Origin: Squalus acanthias
Lineage: Eukaryota
Direction of reading: 5' to 3'
Assembly (NCBI GenBank): GCA_030390025.1
Contig: CM059431.1
Coordinates: 132,372,001-132,436,000, forward strand
DNA length: 64,000 nt
The notes under the pieces were generated by a model that was not told the origin of the DNA, ran no database searches, and saw nothing but the letters and a program-made list of their open reading frames with translations. Positions 60,823 to 64,000 of this stretch are shown in pieces (the stretch's first letter is position 1; each line of letters opens with the position of its first letter). Made by a program: the position numbers and the translations under genes.

Positions 60823-62598
60823 TTAATATTCCGGATGCTGGGTTTATTCCAGTATTTTTTGTATTAATACTGATCCATCTCTTGGTCAGAGGATTGTTTC
60901 CCACTTTGCTTTCTGGCTATCTGATATAGTTCTGTTTAAGAGCCCAAGGGGTTAATTTATCAAATCTTAATTTTCCTTCCATCACTGTGGGGAAATACTA
61001 ACTTAAAATTAAGACACTAAAATTTAATAATGTCCAATATCTTTAAATTTCATTCAGCCATACTAAAGTTGTTGCTTACAACTGGAGAAAAATTTGTTTT
61101 TCACATTTAAACAAATTGCTTCGGAGGATTCCACCATAGCAACCGCGACTCCAAGGTTAAATCTTAGACTGAAACTTAATCTTTTGTTAAACAAACTTTT
61201 TGTTTTTCTTCTCAGTTTTTACACACCAGCTTAACTGAAATTGTAGTTTGAAGTTTTGTTTCAATTCTGGGTGCACAATCTTATTCAATGCGGTCTACAC
61301 AAATTTACACCAACCAGAATTTCACCGTGGCCACAATGAAAGTCTGGTTTTAATAGGTTAATTCACCTCTAACTCCAATTCAATCCAGATCAGTTTTTTT
61401 TTAAACTAACCAGTATCACTTGGAAAAGAAAGAAACCACATTAACAAAGAAACAATTACTCATGCCTTGTAAACATTCAAATTCATTTTCCTCCAGGCAC
61501 ATTGGCAACTGTGACTTCAAGGCTGAAGCTTATCTTTTGTAAAACAATTAACAAACTTAAAACAACACACACTTGTCCGTCATTCAAGACAGGTCTCCAA
61601 AGGGTTAAACAGCTTTTAGCTCTCTGTACAAAAGAGTGGGTGGAGCTAAAACAAAAATGACTTCCGTTTTTTAAAGACAGACTTTTAGACAAAGAAATAC
61701 TGTGACTTCTTAAACATTCACAGTCAGGTAAACTTTTATACTTTGACACACACTTTCACACAAACTGAGATCCCAGCATTTTTAATTTTTTAAGGTTCCT
61801 GTCACTTAGCAAATCTTGAGTTTTATTTGTCTCGGCACAAATATTAATATAGCTCTTGTTCTAATTCAAGAATTCTTTCATTTTTACTTGCAAGTTTAGT
61901 GTGGAGTCGCTGCACCTTGTTTGTCAATGCGACTAATTGGTTTACTAGTATTACCCTCGCCTTTTTCAGTTTTTGACCCTCTACCACTCTCTCTTACCTT
62001 CGGATCCTGGAGCGGATCCCACCCCTCCTTCATCATCTTATTAACTAAACCCTTCCGGTCGTCTGCATAGAACATAGTAAGGGCACCATTCGTCCCTATT
62101 CTATTTCTTTCTATGACACCATATATAGTCCAACTTACAGTCTTACCAAATACTGAGTTCCTCTAATCGGGTTAGTTCTTGATACCTTAAAAGACTTTAA
62201 GCGGTTAAATAGTCACATTACACACACACATATATTAATTGACTTCACGATCCCAGAGTACTTTGGTTCTCTACGCCTACTTGATCCTGGCCATTACGTG
62301 GGGCCCAATCGCCCTCTTAATTCTGGCTCAGGCTAGGTGTGTGAGACAGACGCCCTCCTTGTCCGTGTTGATCAGTCAATTACTCATACCTTCGCGACAT
62401 TTATCGCTACACAGTGTTCCCTTAGTACACGCGATCCACACTCACACAACTGTGTTCTCATACCTCTAACAGACTTTCACTTGATTTGTGATGCTATGGC
62501 ACTGCCTCTCCGCTGTCCCAAGCGATTCAATTTCTGGACGGTCAAAATTTGACTTCTCGTCGGCTTCACTGGTACGGGCGGTCTTTCAGTCCCAGAGC

Positions 62599-62616
62599 AT
62601 CCTGCTGACTACGCCA
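62599..62616 (-). promoter_or_regulatory. Primer binding site complementary to tRNA-Ser
   Basis: TGGCGTAGTCAGCAGGAT, 2 nt after the 5' LTR; 17/18 complementary to the recalled tRNA-Ser 3' end ATCCTGCCGACTACGCCA. Confidence 0.85.
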
Positions 62617-62618
62617 AT

Positions 62619-63198
62619 TGTTGGTGAAAAATTAATTCACTCGAGTCTGTCGTAAAACAAAAGATCACAGTTTATTATTCAGAGCGCTCCGGGAGAATTC
62701 AGAGCGCTCTGGGAGAACGGTCACAGCCTGCGGTCTCATGACCCGCTTCTCAACTTAACAATGGTCACACAAGCTTCTTTATACACTTCCAAAAGCCAGA
62801 AAATACAAACCTCAGCACAGTTAGGGTTAGGGTTACATCATGAGTGACCCTTAGGTTGTCTAAAAACAACTTGATCAGAATTTTACACTGTTAGCGAAAC
62901 TTATCCTTTACTTCTGCTTTTTGTCAACCATCTGCGCTGTGAGGTTTCATTCTTAGTCCTTTCGAGGCTAGTTTATTATAAAAAACAATGATTCACATTT
63001 TTATTCTGCAGTATCTGCATTATCTATACTGCAGCCTAAGCAAGTTGGTCTTTATCTAATTATACCCGTCTCCATCGGCTTGTAGCCTTCAGGAGGTGCT
63101 TTGACCTTTACTATAGTCCTTTAAGCAGTTCAACTAATCTTAAACATTACAACTGATTTGCCCCTACATTATTACAATTAATTTTTTTAACTCTTACA
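62619..63198 (-). repeat. ERV 5' LTR (580 bp)
   Basis: Direct repeat of 56808-57388 with about 11 differences by eye (~98%); followed on the minus strand by the PBS. Confidence 0.95.
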
Positions 63199-64000
63199 CA
63201 ACAATAACAACAACTTGTATTTATATAGCGCCTTTAACGTAGTAAAACATCCCAAGGCGCTTCACAGGAGTATTATAAGACCAAAAAAATTGACACCGAG
63301 CCACATAAGGAGAAATTAGGGCAGGTGACCAAAAGCTTGGTCAAAGAAGTAGGTTTTAAGGAGCGTCTTAAAGGAGGAAAGAGAGGTAGAGAGGCGGAGA
63401 GGTTTAGGCAGGGAATTCCAGAGCTTAGGGCCTAGGCAACAGAAGGGCACGGCCACCAATGGTTGAGCGATTATAATCAGGGATGCTCAAGAGGGCAGAA
63501 TTAGAGGAGCGCAGATATCTCAGGGGGTTGTGGGGCTGAAGGAGATTACAGAGATAGGGAGGGGCGAGGCCATGGAGGGATTTGAAAACAAGGATGATAA
63601 TTTTGAAATCAAGGCGTTGCTTAAGTGGGAGCCAATGTAGGTCAGCGAGCACAGGGGAGATGGGTGAACGGGAGTTGGTGCCAGTTAGGACATGGGTAGC
63701 CAAGTTTTGAATGACCTCAAGTTTTCTTAGGGTAGAATATGGGAGGCCAGCCAGGAGTGCATTGGAATAGTCAAGTCTAGAGGTAACAAAGGCATGGATG
63801 AGGTTTTCAGCAGTGGATGAGCTGAGGCAAGGGCGGAGTCGGGCGATGTTACGGAGGCGAAAATAGGTGGTCTTAGTTATGCAGCGGATATGTGGTCGGA
63901 AGCTCATTTCAGGGTCAAATATAACATCAAGGTTGCGAACATGTGGTTCAGCCATAGACAGATGTTAGGGAGAGAGATGGAGTCGGTGGCTAGGGAACAG
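63199..64000 (-). mobile_element. L2-type LINE 3' portion; the ERV sits in its CAA tail
   Basis: ORF 63425-63955 (HAFVTSRLDYSN, LHWLP); tail CAACAATAACAACAAC abuts the LTR. Confidence 0.88.

Larger units (their letters stand above)
56808..63198 (-). mobile_element. Endogenous retrovirus, internally deleted (no recognisable protease/RT, no intact gag)
   Basis: Two TG...CA LTRs, TSD CAAC (56804-56807, 63199-63202), PBS, PPT, RNase H, integrase and env-TM remnants. Confidence 0.95.

Noticed and set aside
61900..62100. Possible gag N-terminal relic in the ERV leader
   Set aside because: Short, frameshifted and without a motif I can identify; needs a profile search.

Overview
Vertebrate genomic DNA, most likely from a cartilaginous fish (inferred from the CR1/L2/Penelope/Harbinger repeat content). 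The host gene is DCT (dopachrome tautomerase/TYRP2) on the minus strand. Coding exons 1-7 (50694 down to 1839) were read by hand and have GT-AG splice sites, a continuous frame and all six metal-binding His. An M-box lies ~160 bp upstream of the ATG; exon 8 is left of the window. The rest is mostly mobile DNA: CR1 and L2 LINEs (several nested), Harbinger relics and MITEs, and a deleted endogenous retrovirus (581/580-bp LTRs, 4-bp TSD, tRNA-Ser PBS). Most notable: (1) a ~5.8-kb near-perfect Penelope palindrome in intron 5 with a 5-nt spacer, 12-bp TSD, 39-nt tail and a hammerhead motif in each arm; (2) an unexplained ~390-bp double hairpin in intron 2 that reads like one turn round a dumbbell with the same loop at both ends; (3) a CR1 interrupted by an inverted copy of its own family next to the DCT promoter; (4) a divergent duplicated RNase H/integrase-N module and a small transmembrane ORF in the ERV. 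No database searches were run, so family names rest on recognised motifs.
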